A stretch of 64,000 bases of DNA from Raja brachyura. Lineage: Eukaryota. The stretch lies in the NCBI GenBank assembly GCA_963514005.1, contig OY740799.1, positions 11,098,001 to 11,162,000 of the forward strand, written 5' to 3'. A model generated the notes under the pieces. It was not told the origin of the DNA. It did no database searches and was given only the letters and a program-made list of their open reading frames with translations. Made by a program: the position numbers and the translations under genes. Shown here piece by piece: positions 1 through 11,257 of the stretch. Position 1 is the stretch's first letter. Every line of letters begins with the position of its first letter.

Positions 1-859
1 TCCAGAGATGCTCTATCTCATTGATTATTATATTATTGTATTTTAATATTCTTTTGCACTACATGGATTCTGCATGACAATCGTGCACGATTCTGCTGTT
101 TTGCACTCGTCATCATATTGTTGTATTTATCATTAGTGTATGTTTACTGTTACACTGTGAGCTTCGGGTGAACAAGGAACAAGGAACACCCTCTTAGAGA
201 TGATAATAAACTAATCTGATCTGAACTTGGGACCAAGCTTCTTGTTTTAAAGGCTTTTTATTTATAACTTCCACCACATTTAAAAATCAATCCACCCCTC
301 CATTCAATTGTTGTGCTCAGGTTTTCCATTTTCTATAACTATTTTCAATTGTTTTGTTTATTTGTCCTTTTCTTTCTTGTTGTAATTATTTTATAGTGAG
401 ATCTTTAATTTTGATTACATAAAGTTATTTGATTTCATTAATTTCTAGTTAATTTATTTTTAAATGCTTCAACATATTTGAATAATTTCATCAGTAAGTT
501 CACCTTCCAGATCGGGTTTTGTGTTTTTCGTTTTCTTTAAAAATAACAAGTGCACAAAGTTATATGAGTGGATTAGACCTGGTCACACATAAACTGAACT
601 AAAAGATCAATTTGCTGACCTTTAGAAATAGCACAACACCAAAAACCACAAAACATGTTTTTCATGAATAGAGGAAATGGAAATGTGTGTGGAAAATGTT
701 TGCGCAATTTTTAGGTCATGTAAAGTGACATTGTTTTGTAATTCCTCAATTTGGTTTATAATCAAATCCAGCTTTTGGATCTAATGACATGCTTTACTTT
801 TTAATTAGAAATTATATCTATATATATATGTAATTTCTGATAAAAAAAGTTTAACGTAA

Positions 860-1824
860 TTAGAATAAGGATATAAGTGGCTTGTTGTAGAACCTCTGAA
901 AAGTCGATTCATTTGACCATCCTGCGGCCGCGAGGATGTGGTCTAGAGGGACGTCCATTGCCCTCACCACTGACGTCGACGCTGCCCTGGTGGAATGAGA
1001 TTTAACGTTTTCAGTATTAACTCCCGCACATCCCAGGACTTGCTTCAGCCATCGTGAGATGGTCTGAGATGACACTTGCTTATGTGGCTTTTTGTGGCTT
1101 ATAAGTAGTGCTACCTCAGACCCTCTGAGGCTCTTCGTAACATCAATATAATGCTTCAAATGCTCCACTACACGCAGGCGTGAATCTGCTGGATAAGCTG
1201 ACAATACAAGCTTGAATCCTGACACCCCTGGTCTGCTCTGTTTGAGTAAGTCATAGACGTAAAAAGTAACGGCATTTTGTGATGACACCATCCAGTCCAG
1301 ATGCAGTTTGTTGAGAGTCTGAACCCTCTGCGCTGATGTAAGCACCATGATCATGACCAATTTGAGGGTGATCCTTAGTAAGGACAATGATGAGGCTGTT
1401 CCCCATTGACGGAGCACCATGAGTACCATGCTCACATCCCAGATTTGAGAGTACCTAGGCCCAGGAGGATTGGAATTAAACACACCCTTCATGAATCTTG
1501 ATATTAACAGGTGGGACCCTAAAGGTGGAGATCTGACCCTCGACACAAGTATGCTGACAGGGCACTCCTGGCACTGTTGATGGCACTGTAACTCAGCCCT
1601 TCACTGGATAGGAATTCTAGCACATCTGGGATGGAGACCGTGTGATGTGATGTTCCCATGTAAGCAAAATTCCTCCCATTTCCTGATATGGGAGAGGTAT
1701 TGCCTTTTTGTGCTATCCCTCCAGGATGATGTGATGGTATCCACAGTCTGATTGGACAGGCCCAGGTACGGCCTTTTAAAAATCTGCAAATCAACAAATT
1801 TACACGATCATTCAATGGGCACAA
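860..1824 (-). mobile_element. DIRS-type retrotransposon tyrosine recombinase remnant (frameshifted)
   Basis: ORF 860-1546 has tyrosine-recombinase motifs (AQRVQTL, KSHSTRAAS, AAGWS, FQRFYNKP). Overlapping ORFs 1519-1824 and 1601-1789 encode the N-terminal part (SWRDSTKRQY..W, LSYSAINSARSALS) in other frames. Confidence 0.85.
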
Positions 1825-1951
1825 CCTTATTTCTTGATATCATTTTGTTGATATCAGGAAATAAAACCGTGCCTCCTTTGAGGGTGTCATAAATCAGGAC
1901 GAGCGGAGATTGTGTGACAAGGAAGTAATTCAAGTGGAAAACAACAATTTG

Positions 1952-1980
1952 CTAGCCAGAAAAATAAGGTGTGCCGATTA
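1952..1980 (-). CDS. Candidate short terminal exon of the Ig-superfamily gene (VIGTPYFSG*)
   Basis: Acceptor atgttaccttag (ag at 1982-1981) is phase-1 compatible with the C1 exon; stop TAG at 1954-1952; intron of 171 bp. Speculative. Confidence 0.3.
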
Positions 1981-2151
1981 CTAAGGTAACATTATAAAGT
2001 GAGATTGATTTGATTTAAAAAAGAAGTAAATTTGGCCTTCGTTATTTCTATCACACTTTCTTTATATCCAGTAAAGCATTAATTTTACAACACATTCCAA
2101 CAGGGGCTTTGCTGGCCTTCCTGCTGAATTGATTCTATGATTCCATCCTAC

Positions 2152-2466
2152 CTTGAGCAACTGTATGAACATCAATGATGATAGTACCATTTAGCTCGGT
2201 CTGTGATGCCAGATGTTGGACTATACACGTGAATTCAGAGGAGTTGGAGCAATTTTCTGTGGAGATGCTGAATGTTTCAGTGTAGTTATAGGTTCCATTG
2301 GGATTGGTTGGGTTGCTTGTACTGATGAGCCTGTAGGTGAGACAGGTTGGTTGTATCCAAAAAGTAATAATATTTGGATAAAACCCATATGCTAAGCATG
2401 TAATGATAATTGATGGTGAAGAAGAAATCTTGTCGTAAGGTTCCAGGAGCCACAAAGAAGGACAAG
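2152..2466 (-). CDS. Ig C1-set domain exon
   Basis: ACPSLWLL...ITCLAYGFYPNIITFW...NGTYNY...FTCIVQH is the C1 signature. Acceptor tttttttataaccag, donor G|gtagga, 315 bp, phase 1/1. Confidence 0.88.
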
Positions 2467-2769
2467 CTGGTTATAAAAAAAAGCGAGAGATTAGCAATGG
2501 TATCATTCTGAAGTGGCATATCATTCTTCAAAGGTATCCAAATTACAAAGGTACTGAAACAGGTTCATATTTAATTACATGAACAGTACTAATTATAAAC
2601 ATACATTTCTTGAAATCAATTATGATCTTTATATGCAGACTGAACACCTGCATATTTTCTGTTTGCTTAATCTACAAATATATATGGAGCTGTATAATTA
2701 TACAAAATGTTTTGCTCCTATTTCCTCATTCTAAAGCATTCATCCCCATCTCAGCCATCCTATTCCCAC

Positions 2770-3192
2770 TATTCTCGCTAGAATTTAGAAGATTGAGGGG
2801 TCTTATAGAGACTTACAAAATTCTTAAGGGGTTGGACAGGCTAGATGCAGGAAGATTGTTCGCAATGTTGGGGAAGTCCAGAACAAGGGGTCACAGTTTA
2901 AGGATAAGGGGGAAGTCTTTTAGGACCAACATGAGAAAATCATTTTTCACACAGAGAGTGGTGAATCTGTGGAATTCTCTGCCACAGAAGGTAGTTGAGG
3001 CCAGTTCATTGGCTATATTTAAGAGGGAGTTAGATGTGGCCCTTGTGGCTAAAAGGATCAGGGGGTATGGAGAGAAGGCAGGTACAGGATACTGAGTTGG
3101 ATGATCAGCCATGATCATATTGAAGGGCGGTGCAGGCTCGAAGGGCCGAATGGCCTACTCCTGCACCTATTTTCTATGTTTCTATGTTTCTA
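2770..3192 (+). mobile_element. CR1 LINE 3' end
   Basis: SLEFRRLRG-LIETYKI...TRGHSL...[14 protein letters not shown] followed by a (TTTCTATG)n tail. Confidence 0.9.
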
Positions 3193-3347
3193 TTGTTCCA
3201 ATCCTGTAAGGACTGACATATAACTAGCCACTTTCACATACTTCCAGCCTAACCCGAATACTTTGCAGACACAAAATGCTGGAGTAACTCAGCGGGACAG
3301 GCAGCATCTCTGGAGAGAAGGAATGGGTGATGTTTCAGGTCGAGACC

Positions 3348-5707
3348 TGTAAATAAGCAATTCACATACTCTTGAAGTGTATAACATCCTTTAATGATAG
3401 CACACGGTGTAACACACGTCAGCAAGCACTGGTTACATTCTTCTACTGAAATGATGGTCGAAATGGGGGTGCTAGAAGCGGTTAGCAAGCCCACCGATTG
3501 GGTCTCCACCGTGGTTGCCACGCTAAGAAAAGACAAGAATGAAATATGCATGTGCATCAACCCGAAAGACTTAAACCTTGCCATCAGGAGACCCCACTAC
3601 CCCATGCGGTCTGTTGAGGACGTGGCGGCTCAGGTCGGGCAGGCCACCGTCTTTTCGGTCCTAGACGCGAAGAACTCGTTTTGGCAGATTCCATTGGACA
3701 AAGCGTCTTCTGACCTGACGACCTTCTCCACACCGTTTGGCAGATTCAGGTTTCTGCGAATGCCATTCGGCATCAATTCCGCTAGCGAGGTGTTCCAGCG
3801 AACGATGGAGCAGATATTCTCAGACCTGCCATGTGCCATCATTGTGGATGATATCCTGGTTTATGGGAAGGACATTGCTGAGCACGACCTGAACCTCCGC
3901 CGCGTCCTGGATCGGGCGCGATGGGCCAACCTGAAACTGAATCCCAAGAAATGCCGGTTTCGTGTCTCAGAAGTCATGTATGTTGGACATGTTTTTACCT
4001 CTAACGGACTAAAACCTGACCCTTTGAAGGCGGCTGCCATCTCCAAGATGGTAGCCCCCACCGACATGCCAGGTCTGCAACGCTTCCTGGGCATGGTGAG
4101 TTACCTTGGGAAGTTTATACCTAATCTCAGTGAGCTGAGTGCACCCCTGCGGCAGCTGACAAAAAAGGATATCGCCTGGGCCTGGCTCCCACTGCACCAG
4201 CAGGCTTTCAACTGTCTCAAGTCCAGACTGATTAACACACCGACATTGAGGTTCTTCGACGTGAGCCGCCCCATCACCGTCACCTGTGACGCTTCCAAGT
4301 TCGGTCTGGGCGCGGCCTGCCTTCAGTCTGTCGATGGATCGTTACATCCTGTCTCCTATGCCTCCCGCACCATGATGGACACGAGCAGCGATATGCTCAG
4401 ATCGAGAAGGAGTTGCTTGTTGTAGTGTTCGCCTGCTCCAAGTTCAGAGACTTCCTGTTTGGCAGCAAATTCACGGTCGAAACCGACCACCAGCCACTGA
4501 TGACAATTCTGAACAAACCGATTCATGCTGCCCCTGCCAGGTTGCAGCGTATGATGCTGCAGCTCCAGCATTTCAATATCGTCTATAAGAAGGGTACCAA
4601 GATGCACATTGCGGACACCCTATCCCGTGCCCCGTGGACCTCCTGTGCCCCCCACCCCTACGAAACAGAAGACTTGCTAGTACTGGGAGTTGACTTTATT
4701 CCCACCGAGCAGTTACAGCTTTAGGCCGAGCACACCGCTACCGATCCAGTTTTGCAGCGGATTGCCTTGGTGATTAAATCGGGGTGGCCAACGAAGTGCT
4801 CCAGCTCGCCAACTGAAACACAGCCTTTCTTCCTGGTCCGCGACGAACTGGTGCTACAGAATGGCGTTATCGTCAAGGGACATAAAGTTGTAGTCGATGC
4901 AACATTTGCCCACGCTCAGTGCCAGTTCTACTGGCCTGGAATGGCCAAGTATATCCGGGACCGCGTTTCTGCCTGCTCCACGTGCAACAGTCTTGCACCA
5001 CACCAGCAGCGACAGCCTCTGCTGCAACAACCTGCTCCTGCCTTGGCCTGGTCCTCGCTGGCTGCCGACATCTTGGAGTGGCATGGTAACCACTACCTTG
5101 TCCTGGTCGACTCGTACTCAAACTGGTTCGAGGTGGATTTGCTGACATCCCTCACGTCAGAGATGGTAATCCGTAAGCTGCGAAAACACTTCTCCACCTT
5201 TGGGTCTCCTGTCCGGTTGCAGACTGACAATGGAAGGCAGTTCACCAGCCGAGAGTTCAAGGTTTTTGCCAATAAGTGGAACTTTGTGCATTTCACCAGC
5301 AGCCCAGAGTACCCACAGAGCAACGGCCTTGCCGAACGGGCCATCCGCAGTGCCAAGCTTCTGATGGAACAGGCGAGACTGTCTAACTCTGATTTGTATT
5401 TGGATCTCCTGAACCTCAGGAACGTTTCCAGGGATCTGGCCATGGGGTCCCCTGTTCAGCGTCTGATGTCCATAACAACCAGACCCACTATCCCACTTCT
5501 GACACCATGTAGATAAGCAATTCACATACTCTTGAAGTGTATAACATCCTTTAATGATAGCACATGGTGTAACACACGTCAGCAAGCACTGGTTACATTC
5601 TTCTACTGAACTCAGGGAGGGGAAAGTGTTATGATTGATGTTAACCAAGGTGGGGTTAATGGTACTGATGTAGCTATATTATTGGTTGCATGCATAAACC
5701 ATCTACA
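3348..5707. mobile_element. Gypsy LTR retrotransposon remnant with inverted internal pol (RT-RNaseH-integrase)
   Basis: Plus-strand pol fragments (VLDAKNSFWQI, RMPFG, IVDDIL, CDASKFGLGA, TDHQPL, VDSYSNW, QTDNGRQF, YPQSNGLAER). Full LTR 5508-5707 (TGTAGA...TCTACA), partial LTR 3348-3450, 5-bp TSD-like agacc/cgacc. Confidence 0.92.
5490..5507 (-). promoter_or_regulatory. Primer binding site (tRNA-Leu complementary) of the Gypsy element
   Basis: The minus strand reads TGGTGTCAGAAGTGGGAT immediately after the LTR's terminal CA. Confidence 0.85.
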
Positions 5708-6454
5708 CGACCCTTCTTCAGACCTTTGTATACAGCCGTGTGCTTATTTTTTTGTTTTACACATTCACTTTTATTTGAATTGGCCTTCTCTGTCTGTGGG
5801 TCTAGATCATGTTGACTATGCTGTTCCACGATCATTCTTGGCCTCTTGCTTTGGTTGTATCAGCCTTTTCAAATTTCCTCTTCCATCGATGTCAATTGAA
5901 TGAGTAAGTTAACCACTATGTTCTCACACAAAACCAACAACCAAATCCTAAACAACCTCACTCCACATAAGAGGTGACATTTAATACAACAAACTAGTTC
6001 TCATTTTCAATGCATCTAATGGTTAATCAGGGATGAACTGAATTAAAGTTACTTCTTTGTTTAGGAAATGTGTTTTGCTGCAGCCTTCAATAGATGCAAA
6101 TCTACTTTCATTTTCTCTTGTCATAAATAGCCAGTTGGATTTTTGTAGATCTTAATCAGGAAAATTGACAGTTTTGTTCATAAAGATTCTCTTTTCTCTT
6201 CTGTTATTTTCAAATCTGATCCATAAGCAGTATAGAATTGACCATTAAGCACATACCATAATTGAGACAGCAAAGTACCAATTAAATAATGACACAATTT
6301 ATACATTCGGCAGCAAAATGCAAAATAATCTGATGCTTGTCAATCATGATGGCGTGTACAAAATGTACAGCATAAATAAAACATAGCTTTTATGCAGGGG
6401 ACAAAATGTCTCAGCTGTGCTGTAAATTCAAAGCAAAATATTTTGTAGCCACAT

Positions 6455-6662
6455 GTAAGAAGGAACTGCAGATGCTGGTTTAAACCAAAGATAAACACAT
6501 AAAGCTGGAGTAACTCAGCGGCCAGGCAGCATCTCTGGCGAGAAGGACTTTGGGTGACGTTTCGGGTCGAGTAGTGGGGTTTCGACCCAAAACGTCAACC
6601 ATTCCTTTTCTCCGGAGTTGCTGCCTGTCCTGCTGAGTTACTCCAACTTTCTGTGTCTATTT
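6455..6662. repeat. Fold-back pair of Penelope terminal-repeat fragments
   Basis: gctggagtaactcagc...tgacgtttcgggtcga, an 11-bp spacer, then tcgacccaaaacgtca...gctgagttactccaac. Confidence 0.75.
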
Positions 6663-7869
6663 TGTAACCATGATGTGTTTGTTGTGTCAATTAAATTCCT
6701 GGCTCTTATATAACAGCAGCATAAATTAGGATTCTGTCTGATTTGGCTATAAGCCTTGACTATGCCCGATTTTACTGTGCTTCCTCTCTTTGCTGATAAA
6801 TTAACTTGAAAAGATCTCACTGTCAATCTAGATCAAGCACAACTACACTGTCCATTTGAAACACATTCGGCCTCATGTCTAATTCAGACCACTCTTCTGC
6901 TGTAAGAACAGGCATGACTGATATACTTGTCCTATATTTGTGCCTTTTGATTAAGATTGTTCAACATCCTTTATTTCTCACAACAGTGAATAAAATCAAA
7001 TCCTTAATAAGATAAATATCATATGGAAGCATAGATAGCTCTCATTGAAATCGATAATCATGCTACCTTCCATTTTTACTTAAACAGACACATAAAAGTA
7101 ATTTACATATAAAATATTTTCATTGCAGTCCATTACTCAATATATCAAAACATTTGTTGCAATAACTTTCATGCTATGCAAAATTAAAGGCACAGCCAAA
7201 TGAATTGTATACACTGTTTTAATTTGTGGTAGTTAATTTCACATTCATGGACAAACAAGCTTCAGTAGCACAAATTGAGAAATGTGAACTACATTTAGGT
7301 AAAAAAAGAATTCAAGCAACATTTTGGTCCAATTGCTCCCAATTTTAAGTAAGGGATTCCAATAGTGGGCATGGATTAGTAATAATGATGGATTTCTTAA
7401 CTGGAGCTTTCCTCACAGTTTTATTCATATGTTGTACTCCTTCCCATAATTGCAACTTACAACTTTTTTTCTTTCAAAATGTTCCTTGTTCTGACATAAG
7501 GACAAAGATTTGAAATATTTATTCTGTTTCCTTTTCTGCAGACTGCCTGTCCTGCTATATTCAGTGTTTCCTGTTTTTATACAGTTATCTCAAAAGTAGG
7601 TTCAACCTGCCAAAAATGTGTGTTTGCGGACTCTAAGCCTTTCTATTCTGGACCAGGCTTAAGGTCAAATGAAGAACTCCAGCCGGCATGCTGATTTAGA
7701 TCAGCTAACTCACCGCAGTTCGATGATCATCTCTCATATAACTGACACAACATGACACATCTCTCATATACCTGACACAACTGTACGAAGTTAATTGCTG
7801 CAAAAGTTTGCATTAATTTTCCAAGTAAATCTGCCAAAAAACTGTTCAAAGAATTAAAAAAATAATTAC

Positions 7870-8229
7870 CAGTTACATTCAGCCGGGTGCCACTTCCCTC
7901 GGCTTTCAAAGTTGGCGGTGGTCCCAACCGAATCACCTCACAGCAGTAGATTCCATTGTCACTGACTTGAACATCGATAATTGTTAAGATGAATGCCTTC
8001 CATGTAGAATCATGCCTTACGCAATATCGAGAATGACAAACGTAAGGTTTGTCGGTAGATAGGTTTGCGATTATTATTGAAGAATATTGGCTATCATTGC
8101 GGAAAAACCACTTTACTGTAAATCTTGATAGACTATGCATGGAATAGGAACAATGTAATGAGATGGACTGTCCTTTTGCGATGGTAAGGGTATCAGGTTG
8201 CTGTAAATCATTAATTATCTTGTGTACAG
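7870..8229 (-). CDS. Ig V-set exon with joined J-like G strand (VJ-type domain)
   Basis: SISLHC..VKWF..FILTIIDVQVSDNGIYCC..GPPP..EGSGTRLNVT. Acceptor tctctttcctcag, donor G|gtaatt, 360 bp, phase 1/1. Confidence 0.9.
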
Positions 8230-9545
8230 CTGAGGAAAGAGATTCAGAAAATGTAATTAAAATGCCGTATTTCAAAGTTAATCTTCCCCGCGGTAATAAT
8301 TGTAATAAATGTAACTGTTTTTGTTTGAACCTCCTCTGCGATTTCCATATGAGTGGCTAACACGTTAAATTTATTTGGTTAAGTAGAGAAACTTCATAAG
8401 TTAACACTTCATATTAGTACATTTGCAGCTGTAATTGGAGTACAATTTTAACACTGCTCCTGCATGTTTTTAAAATGTAAACAGAGGAATTTTAAACATT
8501 GAAATACCATAGAACAGAATTGTTTTCAAGATATATTCTATCTCCGCTGCAAGAACAGTACTTCACAAAACAAATCCATTAGGTACCATGTAACAACACA
8601 ATAAGGCATGGAATGGAAAATAATGCCCGCTGTAGCCATTTTATGAACGAAGACTATTGTGATATTTTAACAAAATGTCACCAGATAGAGACAAATGAAC
8701 AAATCAAGCAACATAAGACCTATGAGGTATACAAAGGATAAATGCAGGACAGGTCTCAACACCAGGGGATCATAGGTTTACATGGAATACCACATTTCTG
8801 AATTAAAATGAAAGTTTTGGAAAGTTTAAACTAATGCTCTTTAAGTTTAAAAGCTCAAATGCTATATCATGAAATTTAAAAGTATCAATATATATTAGTC
8901 ATTTCAACTTAGGAAAACAAAAACACAATTGTGAATATTCAAGATGGTTTGAAAAGAAAGTAATAGCAAACATTCAGTGTTGCTAACCCATTTCAATTTC
9001 ACCGAGTAAATTCAACACAGAATGCACCAACAAAAGTAGAATCACATCAATTTTGCTATCATTCACTTTAACTGTTACATTTCATGCAGTTGACAACATA
9101 TAGTATAAACTTAATGCCTATCCAAATTTGATAAAATTAAAGAACACAACGTTGGAAGAACTCAAACAGCATTTGTGAAGGTAAAACAAGATGGTACTTT
9201 CACAATATTAAAAAAAAACCTTTTGGACAGGTACATGAATAGGATAGGTTTAGAAGAATATATGGGCCAAATGCAGGTAGTTATTGAGCAAATTGGGCCA
9301 AAGGGCCTGTTTCCACGCCGTATGACAATGAAAAAATGTAGGTCAATGTTTTGGTTCGAGCCCCTGATCAGGACTGATTTAGAATTTAATCATGAAATAT
9401 TGACTTACACTTTTTGCCTTCAGAAATGCTGCTTGATCACCGTTCTTTCAGCACTCTTTTTTAAATTCTAGATTCCAACATCAGCAATCTCCGTTTGCTT
9501 GGTGAAATCAAATTCTGTATAAAGTATTACACTCGGGTCTCATAC

Positions 9546-9594
9546 CTGCAAGAGGTATTAACAGCTGTAGGATAATGTAAAATGATGTCTCCAT
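9546..9594 (-). CDS. Leader (signal peptide) exon of the Ig-superfamily gene
   Basis: gacATGG Kozak-like start, METSFYIILQLLIPLA, donor G|gtatga. The 49-bp phase-1 exon is the typical size for an Ig leader and is in frame with the V exon. Confidence 0.75.
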
Positions 9595-10645
9595 GTCACC
9601 GTAATCACCAGCTGGACCATGAAACTCTCAGCATTCACAGCGCAGCTCACCCTATTATTTCTTGTAAAACATCAGATGATCCGTTTCTTTACATACAAAG
9701 ATACAATGTGTGAAGGCGTGCGAGCCTAATGGTTGCAAGTTTTGCTAGACCACTAATTCCTCTTGGCTTTTATGCAAAGGCATTGGGCACATGTGATTGG
9801 TATCATTTTTGTACGTCACGACTCTGATCTTTACCACAAAATATAGATTGAGAATGCTAAAGAAACTTTTATTGTGGCTAAACTGGTAACTTTTTAAGCA
9901 AAGTTGCATGAAAAATATTTGCATTTTTCAATGCAGCATAATTGAAAATGTAATATTTAAACATACCAATTAACGCGGGGGATTCAGAATTTCACATATA
10001 CAAGTTTGTGGGTTGATCTTTACATGCAGAATTTTTTTGTTCAGACAAGCTCATACGATTTAAACTGGTGCCATGCCAAATTACTTACTTACTGCCTATT
10101 ATACCTCCTGGCATGTAGGGCCGCAATGAAGGTCCTCCACTCCTGTTGATTCCTTCAGTTGCTGTTTCCGTAATATATTTGTTTTACGAGACGGGGTGTT
10201 AGCCATGAGCTCAACCTCCAACCTGGAGGACCAGTGGATGGCGGGGCTGGATTTTTTTTTTCATTTTGAAGAAAGATTTGATAACTGGGATTGTATTCTC
10301 TGTAGCAACGGAGGTGAAGAAAATACTTAGTTGAGGTGAATAATATTATGAGAATAGGACCTGTTTTGCTTAACAAAGAGTGTAAGAAGGAACTGCAGAT
10401 GGTGGTTTAAACTGAAGATAGACACTAAAAGCTGGAATAACTCAGCAGGACATGCGGCATCTCTGGAGAGAAAGAATAGGTGATGTTTCGGGTCGAGACC
10501 TTCAGACTGAAGAGGTTGAAAACCAGTCATAAAACACCATGACTGGAGATGTGTGTTATCCAACCAAGGGCAGAAATTATAATCATGTGTTCATCTTTAT
10601 TGATGTGACACCATAATAAATATATTACAGAAAAAATAATTTAAT

Positions 10646-10920
10646 GGGATGGCACGGTGGCGCAGTGGTAGAGTTGCTGTCTTGCAGCACCACAGACCCA
10701 GATTTGATCCGGACTACGGGTGCTGTCTGTACAGTATTTGTACATTCTCCTTATGACTACATGGTTTTCTCTGAATATTCCGGTTTCTCCCACATCCGAA
10801 AGAAGTGCAGGTTTGTAGGTTAATTGGCTTCTGTAAATTGTCCGTGGCGTGTAGTATACAACTGGTGTATGGTAGGTTGCTGGTCGGTGTGGACTTGGTG
10901 GGCCGAAGGGCCTGTTTCCA
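10646..10920 (+). mobile_element. tRNA-derived HE1-like SINE
   Basis: A-box-like ggtggcgcagtggtag, central body, and 3' gggccgaagggcctgtttcc. Related copies at about 22590-22795 (-), 48590-48880 (-) and 51170-51580. Confidence 0.75.
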
Positions 10921-11257
10921 TATATATGTTTTACACATATATCTTAATTTCATTGAACCATATACGGTTTAATATGTGGCATTATTTTCGGCTTGTTTCT
11001 ATAGTCAAAAGGTAAGTTTGATTGATTTATTTGTGCAGAACAGTGATGGAAGTCTAACTCCTCTTGCCTTGTTTCTTGGTTTTTGTTTCTCTATATATAT
11101 GCATAACAGCATGAATTATAATCTGATTTCCATACATGAAGGTACTAAGGTCATTCATGTGCTGCACCTGTTGATCAGAGCCTGGTTCGACTGTGGAATG
11201 TAGTTAGGAATGTAATTTAGCCTAATCTTATTCATATCTAATCCAATTTGAAGCATA

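Noticed and set aside
555-700. Transmembrane or terminal exon of the Ig gene (minus-strand FVVFGVVLFLK)
   Set aside because: The hydrophobic stretch is too short and has no suitable upstream acceptor; it looks like T-rich non-coding sequence.
860-1546. Phage integrase or bacterial contamination
   Set aside because: The motifs fit eukaryotic DIRS recombinases and the flanks are vertebrate intron and repeat DNA.
7727-8275. RAG-rearranging V segment
   Set aside because: The J-like strand is already contiguous and followed by a splice donor; I saw no heptamer/nonamer RSS.
10646-10730. tRNA gene
   Set aside because: It is the degenerate tRNA-derived head of a SINE and continues into the SINE body.
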